From positions 1 through 64,000 of IMG/VR virus record IMGVR_UViG_3300020577_014401: a DNA stretch of 64,000 nt. One strand, 5' to 3'. The position numbers were made by a program, and so were the translations under genes. Under the pieces are notes generated by a model. The model was not told the DNA's origin, searched no databases, and saw only the letters and a program-made list of their open reading frames with translations. The DNA is from a virus (taxonomy: Duplodnaviria > Caudoviricetes). This document shows positions 9,527 to 19,137 of the stretch, piece after piece (position 1 is the stretch's first letter; each line of letters starts with the position of its first letter).

Positions 9527-9985
9527 GTGATGTCCGCCGCCAACGACACCAGCAAGAACAACAACTCCGCCGACGCGCTCATTTCGAGCACGGCGGCGGT
9601 GGCCGGGGCTCTCCGTGTCGCCAAGGCGGCTCAGGAACTGGCCCAGAAGGCCCCCAAGCCCGCTCAACCGACCGAGATCGAGAAGGTCGCGGCCCTGCTG
9701 GTGGAGCACTCCTACATCCAGCCGAGCCAGGTCGAGCAGGTGAAGGTCGCCCTGGCCGATCCGAACACGGCGATCGTCGCCATGCAGAACGTGATCATGA
9801 AGGCCGCCCAGGCGGCGAACACCGACCCGCGGCTCAACGCCGGCCGGACGATTTCGCCCAGCCCCACCAACCGAACCATGCAATCGCCGATGAAGGTCGC
9901 CGTCGACGAGGAATCGGAAGCCGACCGCGCTTACATGGCGAAGGTCGCCAACTACTCGACCTTCAACCGCAACGGCAAGATTTGA
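9527..9985 (+). CDS. head module protein, possible second scaffold component
   Basis: Helical Ala-rich ORF with EKVAA/MKVA motifs; synteny. Confidence 0.6.
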   Translation: MMSAANDTSKNNNSADALISSTAAVAGALRVAKAAQELAQKAPKPAQPTEIEKVAALLVEHSYIQPSQVEQVKVALADPNTAIVAMQNVIMKAAQAANTDPRLNAGRTISPSPTNRTMQSPMKVAVDEESEADRAYMAKVANYSTFNRNGKI

Positions 9986-10023
9986 TCCCCTGACCACTGG
10001 CACCGAACCGAGGCGAGAACACG

Positions 10024-10713
10024 ATGTCGTCCAATTACACCTACCCGGGCCAGTCCTACGCCCACACCCTGACCGCGCTCAAGGGGTGGTACCGCGAGAC
10101 CGCGCTCGACGCCGAAGTCAAGCCGACAACCAACGTGAACATCGGCAGCGCCGGCCTTCCGCTGCAGTCCGGCCTGACCGTTCACGCGGTCGGCGTCGGG
10201 ACCTACACCGACCCCTACGGCGGTGCGATCTCCGGGCCTTCGACCTTCACGGTCGAGATGGGGTGCGGCTCCGACCAGGGCCTGCCCATCTTCCTCTGGT
10301 CCGGCTCCAACGAACCGGACATCACGAATCCGGGCGTTCCGGCCGGCACCTCGGCTTTCGGCGACTCGACCTACGGCCCGCCCGACTTCGGCGCGGTGTT
10401 CCCCGGCCAGACCGGCACCGAAAACATGGCGGCCCTCGTCGGTTCCGGTGCGTATGAACTCGAAACGACCGAGTTCGACACCGACCAGACCTACGCCCCC
10501 GGCCAGTACCTCCGTACGGTGACCAGCAACACCAGTGCGAACGCCGGCAAGGTGACCAACCAGCAGGCGACGACTTCGGCCTTCGGCAGCGACGGCCTGA
10601 TCGTCCCCGGCACCGACACGGTGGTGGGCATCGTGTCCCGCGGCAAGTACGTGAACGCCAACCGCAAGAACGCCCTGGCGTTCTGGTGCTGGTTCGTCCG
10701 CGGCACTCGCTGA
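10024..10713 (+). CDS. putative capsid decoration/cement protein
   Basis: Gly/Thr-rich beta-type protein directly upstream of MCP; ELETTEFD...YAPGQYL...VGIVSRG. Confidence 0.6.
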   Translation: MSSNYTYPGQSYAHTLTALKGWYRETALDAEVKPTTNVNIGSAGLPLQSGLTVHAVGVGTYTDPYGGAISGPSTFTVEMGCGSDQGLPIFLWSGSNEPDITNPGVPAGTSAFGDSTYGPPDFGAVFPGQTGTENMAALVGSGAYELETTEFDTDQTYAPGQYLRTVTSNTSANAGKVTNQQATTSAFGSDGLIVPGTDTVVGIVSRGKYVNANRKNALAFWCWFVRGTR

Positions 10714-10802
10714 TCCTCGTTCACTCGGCTGCTGTTTGTCCGTTCCCGAACTTAAACCCCCGGCCGACGGCCGGGGCATCAAGCCCGGAGGCTTCGTCCA
10801 AG

Positions 10803-11738
10803 ATGGCAACGCTCACCCAATTCGCCGCCAGCAACGATGCCATCCTCGATGCGCTCGAGAACCCGGGCACGTACAAGCAGGCGGCCGACGACGCGTCGGA
10901 CTACGTTCGCTTGAAGCTGCGTGAGCAGGGCTTCTCGCGGAAGATCATCGAGCCCAAGGAGGTCTCCCCCTCCGATCTCGACACGCAGCTCTGGACCGAC
11001 AAGCCGGTCAAGATCTACGAGAAGGAAACCGACATCCACATGCCCTGCTCGGTGGGCTACGGCCAGACGCCGATCGGGTTCTACATCCACGCGTCGCGGT
11101 TCGCCGTCACGCCGACGATGATCATCAGCCCCCGCGTGTCGAAGCACAAGTGGGAGCTCCGCACTTACAAGTACGACGTCCGCCAGGTGTTCGCCGACAA
11201 CATCTGCAAGGACATGGAAGCCGTCGAGGACCGCGCTCTGCTCGCGACCGCCAACGTCCTCCTCGGCGGTGCCGGCGTGACGATGCCGGGTTCGGGTGTC
11301 GCCCAGTACCAGCAGGTGCCCGGCGGATTCTCCCGCGCTGCGGTCCGCTACGCGTGCTTCGAGGTCCTCCAGGCCACGCCGTACAACATCCCGATCGAAA
11401 CCAACCTGATCAACAACCTGACCTACTCGCGGCACCTCAACTGGCGTCGTGACGAGGCCGGCGGCGACTTCTCGGAAGAGACGCTCACCAAGGGCTGGAC
11501 CCAGTCCCGCTTGTTCAACCAGAACTGGCTCGTGACCATCAAGCGCGGCCTGGTCGGCAACAACGCTCAGTACCTGTGGGGCCCGACCAAGTTCCTCGGC
11601 AAGTCGTGCCTGTTCACGCCTCCGACGATGTACGTTGAGATGAAGCACCCGCAGATGTACAGCTTCTTCGTCGTGGAGGAGATCGGCACGACCCTGGCCC
11701 ACACCGGTGCCATCGGCCGCGTGGACTACCTGACGTGA
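10803..11738 (+). CDS. major capsid protein (HK97 fold, encapsulin-like)
   Basis: RLKLREQGFSRKII...ELRTYKYDVRQ...KDMEAVEDRALL pattern; 311 aa; strong GC3 codon bias; synteny. Confidence 0.8.
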   Translation: MATLTQFAASNDAILDALENPGTYKQAADDASDYVRLKLREQGFSRKIIEPKEVSPSDLDTQLWTDKPVKIYEKETDIHMPCSVGYGQTPIGFYIHASRFAVTPTMIISPRVSKHKWELRTYKYDVRQVFADNICKDMEAVEDRALLATANVLLGGAGVTMPGSGVAQYQQVPGGFSRAAVRYACFEVLQATPYNIPIETNLINNLTYSRHLNWRRDEAGGDFSEETLTKGWTQSRLFNQNWLVTIKRGLVGNNAQYLWGPTKFLGKSCLFTPPTMYVEMKHPQMYSFFVVEEIGTTLAHTGAIGRVDYLT

Positions 11739-11743
11739 TCCGC

Positions 11744-11773
11744 CCGGGCGGCCCGCCGCCCGGCTTTCCGTTT
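11744..11773 (+). terminator. probable terminator/attenuator after MCP
   Basis: CCGGGCGG-cccg-CCGCCCGG then CTTTCCGTTT. Confidence 0.55.
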
Positions 11774-11803
11774 CAACCAAGAAATCATCCGCGAGGCAAG
11801 CCA

Positions 11804-12274
11804 GTGGCCGCTCAGAACCCGACCCCCGAACAACAGCAGGCCGACATCCTTCTCACGGAGTCGGTCGCGGTTCCGGCGTTCGTCCGCAAGCTGGCGTCGG
11901 ACTACAACGTGGTCCCCGACGCCGAGACTCACGCCGACTACCGCATCCTCGCCGGGGCCGTGTCCGCGGCAGTCGGCGGGTTCATGGCGAAGCGGGCCAG
12001 TCAGATCGAAGAGTCGCGTCGCCAGGCCGCGAAGTCCGCTCTCGACTCGGCGTTCGCTGTCGCCGGCACCCAGGCCCCTTCGACCCGTGCCAAGCAGGCC
12101 GCCGCGATGCCGACCGACGAGTTCTTCAAGTTCGCCGGCGTGGCCGAGGCGGCCGCCGCCCTGACTACCAAGCAAGCCGAACACGATTGCCCGCCGGGCA
12201 CTCCGGAGCCGACCAAGGCCCCGGCGCTCGACGACGAAGAGGAAACCGAAAAGGTCCTGACGCCCGCGGCCTGA
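11804..12274 (+). CDS. hypothetical head-associated protein
   Basis: GTG start with GAGG SD; KLAS/KRAS/KQAA motifs. Confidence 0.6.
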   Translation: MAAQNPTPEQQQADILLTESVAVPAFVRKLASDYNVVPDAETHADYRILAGAVSAAVGGFMAKRASQIEESRRQAAKSALDSAFAVAGTQAPSTRAKQAAAMPTDEFFKFAGVAEAAAALTTKQAEHDCPPGTPEPTKAPALDDEEETEKVLTPAA

Positions 12275-12329
12275 TCACAGCCGTCCGCCGGTGTGACGAC
12301 TTTCAACGACCGCCGACCGAGGAACCGAG

Positions 12330-12680
12330 ATGGCGACGACACGCTCGAATCAGACGATCATCCGGAATGTGTCCGGCGGAACGAAGCACTTCTCGTTCGC
12401 CGGCCCCAACGGCGCCACGCTGGCCGACGGCGAGGACATGGCCATCAACGGCAATCTCTGGGCGCAGTTCATCAACGACCCGATCCAGACCAACGCGATC
12501 CGGTACGCGCTCGAAAACGGCATCATGGAGATCATCAAGACTCCGGATGTGTTCGTGCAGGACACCGTCACCCACAGCGTGTACCGCCTCGGCGCGACCA
12601 GCGGCTCGCCGGTGGTCCTCAACCCGGATTACGGCAGTTACTCCGGTGCGGCCTCCAACCCCGGCAACAACCCGCCGTGA
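12330..12680 (+). CDS. hypothetical virion protein (116 aa)
   Basis: GAGGA SD; codon bias like capsid genes. Confidence 0.65.
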   Translation: MATTRSNQTIIRNVSGGTKHFSFAGPNGATLADGEDMAINGNLWAQFINDPIQTNAIRYALENGIMEIIKTPDVFVQDTVTHSVYRLGATSGSPVVLNPDYGSYSGAASNPGNNPP

Positions 12681-12709
12681 TCGCCGCCGGCAACAACAGA
12701 AACCCAAGT

Positions 12710-12743
12710 GCGGGCGGCGGTACAACCGCCGCCCGTTTTCCTT
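12710..12743 (+). terminator. rho-independent terminator
   Basis: GCGGGCGGCGG-tacaa-CCGCCGCCCGT then TTTCCTT. Confidence 0.75.
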
Positions 12744-12810
12744 GTCCAACTCTCCAAGAAGCAGTCTCCAAGGCGGAATTTCAAAGGGGGCCGATTCCAG
12801 GAGGGCGCAG

Positions 12811-13452
12811 ATGCCGGGCATGACGCAAGCCGCTGGCGAACCCGCGGATTCCAGTTCCGAACCGGAGTTCGATCAGGAGACGCCGCAAACCCATCGTCGC
12901 AAGCCGTCCAAACCGGCCGACGTCGGCGGGAAGGATTCACCTCAGCCCAGGCTCGGCTTCATCGGTTCGATTCTCTACGGATTGTCGAAAATCCTCGACT
13001 CGGTCTGGAGCGGCGGGTCGCGGATGATCTCGACCTTCAAGGACCTGACCCAAGGGCAGGCCATGGTGGCCGTCCTGGCGATCACGATGGTCCTCGTCGC
13101 TCTCGGGGCGACCGCGTCGATCTGCGTCATGGGGTACGTCTGCTACGCGGTCGTGAACCGTCCGTCATCCGAGGCGGACGCGAACGCGGCCTTGCTGAAG
13201 TTCATGAACGAGCGGGATGACCGGATTCTGCTGGAAAAGGAGCGGGATCAGGCCCGCCAGCACGCCAAGGAAATCAAGCAGGAGACGCGGGAGACCCAGC
13301 GGGACCTCCAGCAAATCGAGAACAACAAGCAAATCGCCCGGTTGGTCGAGTCCAACGACAAGATCGCCCGGACGCTGGAATCGATGAACAACAAGCTTCC
13401 GGGGCCGATAGCGCCGATGCCACACGGGAAAGCCGGCGGCACCGGCGAGTGA
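12811..13452 (+). CDS. membrane protein with C-terminal coiled coil (holin/spanin-like topology)
   Basis: AGGAGG SD; hydrophobic AMVAVLAITMVLVALGATASICVMGYVCYAVV followed by a charged coiled coil. Confidence 0.55.
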   Translation: MPGMTQAAGEPADSSSEPEFDQETPQTHRRKPSKPADVGGKDSPQPRLGFIGSILYGLSKILDSVWSGGSRMISTFKDLTQGQAMVAVLAITMVLVALGATASICVMGYVCYAVVNRPSSEADANAALLKFMNERDDRILLEKERDQARQHAKEIKQETRETQRDLQQIENNKQIARLVESNDKIARTLESMNNKLPGPIAPMPHGKAGGTGE

Positions 13453-13454
13453 CT

Positions 13455-13883
13455 TCACGGCATGACCGCCAAGCGGGTCACCGAGCAGTCGTGGAACTGG
13501 ACCGTGAACTTGATGCCGCCGCCGCGGTCCTGACCGTCCCAGACGCGGCCGGTGCATCGACCGGTCACGAGCAAGTCGAATTGCGACCCGTCACCGGTTT
13601 GGTGATCGCGGCAGACGAACACGATCGCCGGCGGCTTCACCCGGTTGCCCGTGGTGTACCAGTGGATTTCGCGGGCCCCGGCCACGTCGTAATGGCCGCG
13701 GAGCACCCGCACCACCACGACTTGGTTGGTGTAAAGCCCCTTGGCCCGGTCCGGAAAGTCACGGTAGGTCTCGACCAGCGACGACGCCCGTATCGGGTTC
13801 GGCGGCGTGTTGTCGGCGGCCTGGTCCCTCGGGCCGCAACCGACGGTCGAGATCAGAAACCCCCAGATAAGGATCCTTCGCAT
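13455..13883 (-). CDS. OB-fold lipoprotein (tRNA_anti-like)
   Basis: Lipobox signal MRRILIWGFLISTVG-C; A-x2-L-x3-Y...A-x3-Y-x-N-x-V-x-V pattern. Confidence 0.55.
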   Translation of the reverse strand: MRRILIWGFLISTVGCGPRDQAADNTPPNPIRASSLVETYRDFPDRAKGLYTNQVVVVRVLRGHYDVAGAREIHWYTTGNRVKPPAIVFVCRDHQTGDGSQFDLLVTGRCTGRVWDGQDRGGGIKFTVQFHDCSVTRLAVMP

Positions 13884-14166
13884 GTCTGCTCCTCATGAAC
13901 CGACGCTGTTGCAGGCTCTCAGCGTCATTCTTCGTCACGCGGCCGCCCTGCTGCCGCCGCCGTCCCTCGGAACCGATCCGATCGGGGAAACCGATCCGCC
14001 TCTCGTTCCGCCGCCGGCCCCGGCTTGCAACCCGTGTTCGGGGATGCAGGCCGGCGCCAAAGGCTTGCTCTGGTGTGACGGAACGACCCAGAAAATGATT
14101 CCGATCATTCCGAGCGCCACCCTGAAAACCGACGCCAACGGGGAACCGGCGTTCGTCGCCAACTGA
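13882..14166 (+). CDS. hypothetical protein
   Basis: ORF from ATG 13882; KGLLWCDG...LKTDANGEPAF resembles fibre repeat elements. Confidence 0.4.
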   Translation: MSAPHEPTLLQALSVILRHAAALLPPPSLGTDPIGETDPPLVPPPAPACNPCSGMQAGAKGLLWCDGTTQKMIPIIPSATLKTDANGEPAFVAN

Positions 14167-14291
14167 GCACCTTTCAGATCGTAATTTCGGCCCCGAACAC
14201 GCCACGGATTTTCCGGATTTTCAAAATCGCGTTCCCGGCAGGAAATCGGGTAGGATTGACCGCCCAGTAAACGAAGAGGCCGGTCCGCTCC

Positions 14292-14855
14292 ATGAACAGC
14301 AACTACTCTGTCGCGGAACTGAAATCGGAAATCGAGACCGGTCCGCTTGCAACGGCCATGGCGCCGTTTTGGGCGGACGTTTTTCCTGTCGAGCCGGAGC
14401 CGCCCGAGAGCGCACCGCAAGAGGCAAAAGATCGTTGGAGCCGTATCCAGCATCGGTTCGGCAAGCTGACCCCCGATGCTGTTTATAACTTGCTTTCGAT
14501 CTTTTCAGCCCAGACCCAGTCCTCCCCGCAACCTATCACGGTTGCCGTGTTCACTCAGTTCCTCGCATCCAGGGGACTGCTCCGTAAGATCAAGGCGGCC
14601 GCGACTGCGGCCGGCCCGATCGGGGACATTTGCGACCTCATCGTGACGATTTCCAATTCGGCGCCCGGAAACCATGTAGATCCATCCGACCAGGGTGTGA
14701 TTGCCATGGTCGACGCGGTGGTGGCGGCTGGAATCGCAACTTCGGAAGACAAGACTGAGTTTCTGGCCGCATGCTCGCAGCCCTGCTCGCGGTTGTTCGT
14801 CCTGGGGTGGGCCGTCACTGAGCGGGATCTTCATGCGGCGAAGGAGCTTTCATGA
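14292..14855 (+). CDS. hypothetical virion protein (187 aa)
   Basis: First gene of a translationally coupled fibre cluster (ATGA overlap with next gene). Confidence 0.65.
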   Translation: MNSNYSVAELKSEIETGPLATAMAPFWADVFPVEPEPPESAPQEAKDRWSRIQHRFGKLTPDAVYNLLSIFSAQTQSSPQPITVAVFTQFLASRGLLRKIKAAATAAGPIGDICDLIVTISNSAPGNHVDPSDQGVIAMVDAVVAAGIATSEDKTEFLAACSQPCSRLFVLGWAVTERDLHAAKELS

Positions 14856-15400
14856 TTTTGCTCTGCACTCTGCTCGTCGCCGCTCTCATCGGTCTGTGGC
14901 TGACCACGAACAAAGTGGTCTACCCGACACCGACCGCAAGCACTGGCGGCATCACGTCTCTCGCTACGTCGTCCACGTTCCTCGCCGGGTACGAGTGGTT
15001 CGTGATCGACAACTCGACCGAGCTCGCACTGGACTATCTGGTGCAAGGAAACGTGATGGTGGGCACGACTCCAACCGCCAACACGCAGATCCGCATCTAC
15101 TGCGTGGCCTCTTACGACGGTACGACGTGGCCGGATGTGTTCGACGGGACGCCATCGGCCGAGACCGTGACCTCGGCGGGCGTCGGCTCTGGGTTCCTCG
15201 TGCTCGCGGCAGTGATCAATGTGGATGCGACGACGAGCAACGTGGCGTACCCGTTCAGGTTCTCGCTGGCTTCGCTGTTCGGCGGGTACGTCCCGAAGAA
15301 GACGGCGATCTTCGTCACGCACAACACCGGTGTGAATCTCAACTCGACCGCAGGCAACCACACTTACGCCTACGCTCCGCAAGACACAACGAACAGCTAA
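14852..15400 (+). CDS. putative minor tail/fibre-associated protein
   Basis: Thr-rich beta protein (VGTTPTANTQI...WPDVFDGT). Confidence 0.6.
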   Translation: MILLCTLLVAALIGLWLTTNKVVYPTPTASTGGITSLATSSTFLAGYEWFVIDNSTELALDYLVQGNVMVGTTPTANTQIRIYCVASYDGTTWPDVFDGTPSAETVTSAGVGSGFLVLAAVINVDATTSNVAYPFRFSLASLFGGYVPKKTAIFVTHNTGVNLNSTAGNHTYAYAPQDTTNS

Positions 15401-15409
15401 GGGAAGCTG

Positions 15410-16222
15410 ATGCTCCTTCCTGTCGATCTCGGAAACCCTGTCAACCGTGGAGCGGCACTCAATGCCGACTTGCTCTACTGGTGGAAGGGAATGCCGAATA
15501 ATCGCGGGTCGGTTACGATCTTCGACTTGTGCGGGTCCGTACACCTGACTCAAGTTGCAGGAACCGGCAGTGTGGACCCTGTAAGCTTGTGGAACGCTCC
15601 CTGCAAAGAGTGCGAATTCAATTTCCCCGGTGGAATCAGCGTCCCGTACTACGCTCAGAACACCAGCCAGCCGGATGTAGACTACTCGGTCACTGGAATT
15701 ACCGTTGGTGCGTGGCTTTGGCCTCGCAATGTAGACACCTACAACGTGGTGCTTGGAGGCTCGACAGGATCGAGCGTCGGGGGAGGATTCGTCTTCTATG
15801 TTGCGTACCTCAACACCGGACTATTTAGCAACAGTGCTGGCGGTGCTGTCGGTTCCAGCATTGCTAACATGACTCAGTATCGTCCGTGCTATGCGACGTG
15901 GGTCTTGGACTCTGTCGGTTACCGAGCTTATGCGGATGGAGTCGAGGTGATGAACACCGTCGCTCCCGGTGCGAGACCCAATACTCCATGCAAGCTCTAT
16001 CTCGGCAACGATTACTGGGGCTATGGGATAAATGGCGGTGTCGGGTCGGTCCGTGTCTGGAAACGAGGTCTGGCGGCCGGTGAGTGCTACGCACTGTACC
16101 GAGAGGAACTGGCTGGCAACCCCACAACGCTGAATCGGTACAGGCCGAGGACGTCCGTGTTCCTTGGAGGTACTCTACCAAGCAACAGACGCCGCAGATT
16201 GCTCTGTGCAGGAGGCCGGTGA
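15410..16222 (+). CDS. LamG/concanavalin-A-like domain protein, putative receptor binding
   Basis: ITVGAWL...RAYADGVEV...LYLG...GGVGSVRVWKRGL LamG signature; AT-richer than flanks. Confidence 0.7.
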   Translation: MLLPVDLGNPVNRGAALNADLLYWWKGMPNNRGSVTIFDLCGSVHLTQVAGTGSVDPVSLWNAPCKECEFNFPGGISVPYYAQNTSQPDVDYSVTGITVGAWLWPRNVDTYNVVLGGSTGSSVGGGFVFYVAYLNTGLFSNSAGGAVGSSIANMTQYRPCYATWVLDSVGYRAYADGVEVMNTVAPGARPNTPCKLYLGNDYWGYGINGGVGSVRVWKRGLAAGECYALYREELAGNPTTLNRYRPRTSVFLGGTLPSNRRRRLLCAGGR

Positions 16223-18111
16223 TGTTGATCGCGAAAGTTTCCACTGCAATCTCGATCATCGTCGGTCCGATCCTGGATTCGACTGGAGCCGAGTACGCCT
16301 CCGCCGTCATCGGTGATCTTTCTCTGTCCAAGAACGGCGGGACTCTGACCGCCTTGGCGGCGACTGCCACTCTCACGTACATCGCGAACGGGCAGTACAC
16401 TCTCTCGTTGAACACGACGAACACGAACACTCTCGGGATGGCGCAGATCACCTGCAATAAGGCGACGTATCAGATGCCGACTGTGGAGCTCGCGATCGTC
16501 CCTGCAACGGTTTACAACGCTCTGATGGCAAACGAGGTCAACACTGCCGGCGGATTCGCCTCTGCAACAGGGGCCATCACCGCTCTCGCCGGAGCCATCA
16601 GCACTCTCACCCAGACACAAGTCACCGGCGGGGCGTACGCCCTCAACTCCGCGTCGTTCGCCTTCAACGCGGCGATGGACTTCACCACCACCCAAAAGGC
16701 CGCGACCCTCGCTCGCGTGACGCTCACCGACACCGTGACGACATACACCGGGAACACCCCGCAGACGGGCGACACGTTTGCCCTGATCGGCTTGGCCGGC
16801 GCCGGGCTCACCGCGCTCGCACCCGCCGCCACCGCGCTTTCCACCGTGACGTGGACGAACACTCTTGCAACGAATCTCGCCACCACCAACACGACTGTCG
16901 CGGCGAATCTCGACGCAGCTGTGAGCAGCCGGATGGCGACGTACACGCAACCCGCCGGGTTCCTCGCGGCCACCTTCCCGGCAACGGTGGCGTCGCCGAC
17001 GAACATCACGGCCGGAACGATCACCACCGTGACGAATCTGACGAATCTGCCTTCGATTCCGTTGAACTGGATCACCGCCGCCGGGATCTCGGCCGGGGCG
17101 CTCGATGGTAAGGGAGACTGGTTGCTTTCGAGCGGCTACATGGCTCCCCCGTCCGCGGCGGCTGTGGCGAGCCAGGTGCGTACGGAACTGTCCGTCGAGC
17201 TCGGTCGAATCGATGTGGCGACTTCGACACGGCTGGCTTCGACCAGCTACGCGGCTCCGTTGGACGCCGCCGGTACTCGCTCGGCGATCGGCTTGGGCGC
17301 GGCCAACATGGATACCCAGCTCAACGCCATCTACACGGTCGCCGGACTGGTTCAGGCCAAGACTGACAATCTTCCCGCTACGCCGGCGTCGTCCGCAGAC
17401 TGCATTACGGCGGCCGGGGTCCGCACAGCGATCGGCATGGCGGCGGCCGATTTGGACACGCAGCTGGCCGCGATTTACGGGGCGGAACAGACCTCGCTCG
17501 CCAACCAGATCGTGATGGACACCAAGCTCAACAACATCAAGCTCGACACAGCGGCCATTCTCGACGACACCGGGACGACCGGTGTGGTGATCTCCGGCGG
17601 CTCCGGAGCGGCTTTGGTCGCTTCGACGGCGGCGCAAGTGACAGCCGACCACGGATCCGGTTCGTACGCCCGCAACACGGAGCCCCCGACCGCCGCCCAA
17701 ATTTGGGAGTACGCCACCCGTACGCTGACGAGCGGTAGCGGGGGCAGCGGCGCCACGGCTGCGGAAGTCTGGGCTTATACGGACCGCACACTCACGAGCG
17801 GGGGTGGTGGCGGACTCACCGCCGCCGAGGTCTGGGCTTACGCCGAGCGCACGCTCACACCGTTGGCGTTGGATTCGATCATGGCCGCCACCGGACTTGA
17901 GGCCGGCCGGTACGTCGACACCGACGGGAATCCGGTTACGCAGATCAATCTCCGCCAGGCGATCGCTCTCCTTCTGGCCTATTCGCTCGGCGACCGTTCC
18001 GGAATCGGCACCCGGTCGATCATCTCCAAGCTCGCCGGCGAGACGGTTCAGATCGAAGCCGAAAGGATCAGCCAGTCGGTGATCGAGGCGTCCGGAACCG
18101 TGCCGGTCTGA
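16222..18111 (+). CDS. Ala/Thr-rich tail fibre-like protein (629 aa)
   Basis: TGATG coupling, GGAGG SD; repeated LDAAVSSR / NLDTQL-like and AEVWAY.RTLT units. Confidence 0.7.
   Translation: MLIAKVSTAISIIVGPILDSTGAEYASAVIGDLSLSKNGGTLTALAATATLTYIANGQYTLSLNTTNTNTLGMAQITCNKATYQMPTVELAIVPATVYNALMANEVNTAGGFASATGAITALAGAISTLTQTQVTGGAYALNSASFAFNAAMDFTTTQKAATLARVTLTDTVTTYTGNTPQTGDTFALIGLAGAGLTALAPAATALSTVTWTNTLATNLATTNTTVAANLDAAVSSRMATYTQPAGFLAATFPATVASPTNITAGTITTVTNLTNLPSIPLNWITAAGISAGALDGKGDWLLSSGYMAPPSAAAVASQVRTELSVELGRIDVATSTRLASTSYAAPLDAAGTRSAIGLGAANMDTQLNAIYTVAGLVQAKTDNLPATPASSADCITAAGVRTAIGMAAADLDTQLAAIYGAEQTSLANQIVMDTKLNNIKLDTAAILDDTGTTGVVISGGSGAALVASTAAQVTADHGSGSYARNTEPPTAAQIWEYATRTLTSGSGGSGATAAEVWAYTDRTLTSGGGGGLTAAEVWAYAERTLTPLALDSIMAATGLEAGRYVDTDGNPVTQINLRQAIALLLAYSLGDRSGIGTRSIISKLAGETVQIEAERISQSVIEASGTVPV
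17692..17860 (+). repeat. 3 tandem ~20-aa repeats AAEVWAYxxRTLT(SGGGG)
   Basis: Visible in DNA (~60-63 bp period) and protein. Confidence 0.85.
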
Positions 18112-18165
18112 TGCGGGGTCGATCCGACCCCGGCCGAATGATATATTCGTCAACCGGAGACCGAC

Positions 18166-19137
18166 ATGGCCAACCCGTCCGATCCTGACGCTGGACTGCT
18201 GGACGACTACTTCAGCCCCCTTTCGCCATCGTGGGTGCCAGACACCCCTACGGACAGCGGGATCCCGACAACGGTCGTCCCGGTCACGAAACTGTACGGC
18301 GACCCGCTCTTCGGCAAAACCCGCGGAGTCCGGGTCGACCAAGGCAGCCCGAACTGGTTGCGGCTGGTCCTCTACTCGCCGCAAACCGGTGCCCCGATCA
18401 AAATCGAAATCGGCAGCTACTCCACCTCCCCGACCGTGGACGTCCGGTTTCGAGAGGCGACCGGGCTCGACCGGACCATCTACGGCCCTGATGACGGCGA
18501 CACTCCCTACCTGGAGTCGGACGGGCTGAGCGTCGTCCTGCCGATTCCCGGCGAAGTTCGCAACATCCCCGGGGTCTTCGACGCGCAAGTCCGGGTCGTC
18601 GATGCCAACGCGGTCGAACGCAACCGTTCCAACTTCGTCGTCATGATCGACCGCGGGATGTGGCTGACCGACGGCTCCCCCGTGGTCGACACCAAAGGCC
18701 CGCCGACGTTCGACGAAGTTCGAACGATGCTCCGCGATCACCCTGGAGCGAATCGCTTGCTCCAGAACTACGAATTCGATGCCGCTGAAATCGGGCAGTC
18801 GATCGTGGCCGCGGTGCAGATGTACAACCAAACGGCCCCGATCGGATGCCGGGACTTCACGACGATCACCTGGCCGCAGCAGTGGCGGAGACCCCTCATC
18901 GACGGATGTTTGTCGTACTTGTTCAACATCGCGTCGACCTACTTCCGCCGCGGTCACCTGCCGTACAGCGCCGGCGGCCTGTCCATCGACGACTTGAAGA
19001 AGGACAATGAGTACGACAAGGCCGCCATGGAGTACCGTCAGCGATTCGACACCTGGGCCAAACTGACCAAGTCCCGACTCAGCGTGGCGGCTGGTTGGGG
19101 TTCGGTCGGTGGCGGAGTTTACGGAGGCTGGTGGTGA
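18166..19137 (+). CDS. head-tail adaptor/neck protein
   Basis: EVRTMLRDHPGANRLL...YSAGGLSIDD pattern; synteny. Confidence 0.6.
   Translation: MANPSDPDAGLLDDYFSPLSPSWVPDTPTDSGIPTTVVPVTKLYGDPLFGKTRGVRVDQGSPNWLRLVLYSPQTGAPIKIEIGSYSTSPTVDVRFREATGLDRTIYGPDDGDTPYLESDGLSVVLPIPGEVRNIPGVFDAQVRVVDANAVERNRSNFVVMIDRGMWLTDGSPVVDTKGPPTFDEVRTMLRDHPGANRLLQNYEFDAAEIGQSIVAAVQMYNQTAPIGCRDFTTITWPQQWRRPLIDGCLSYLFNIASTYFRRGHLPYSAGGLSIDDLKKDNEYDKAAMEYRQRFDTWAKLTKSRLSVAAGWGSVGGGVYGGWW

Noticed and set aside
10803-11738. Encapsulin nanocompartment
   Set aside because: Context (protease, scaffold, neck, tail) indicates a phage major capsid protein
14207-14221. ATTTTCCGGATTTT as a tenth copy of the palindrome
   Set aside because: Two mismatches to the consensus; not counted
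15410-18111. Diversity-generating retroelement acting on fibre genes
   Set aside because: No reverse transcriptase and no TR/VR pair differing at adenines was seen
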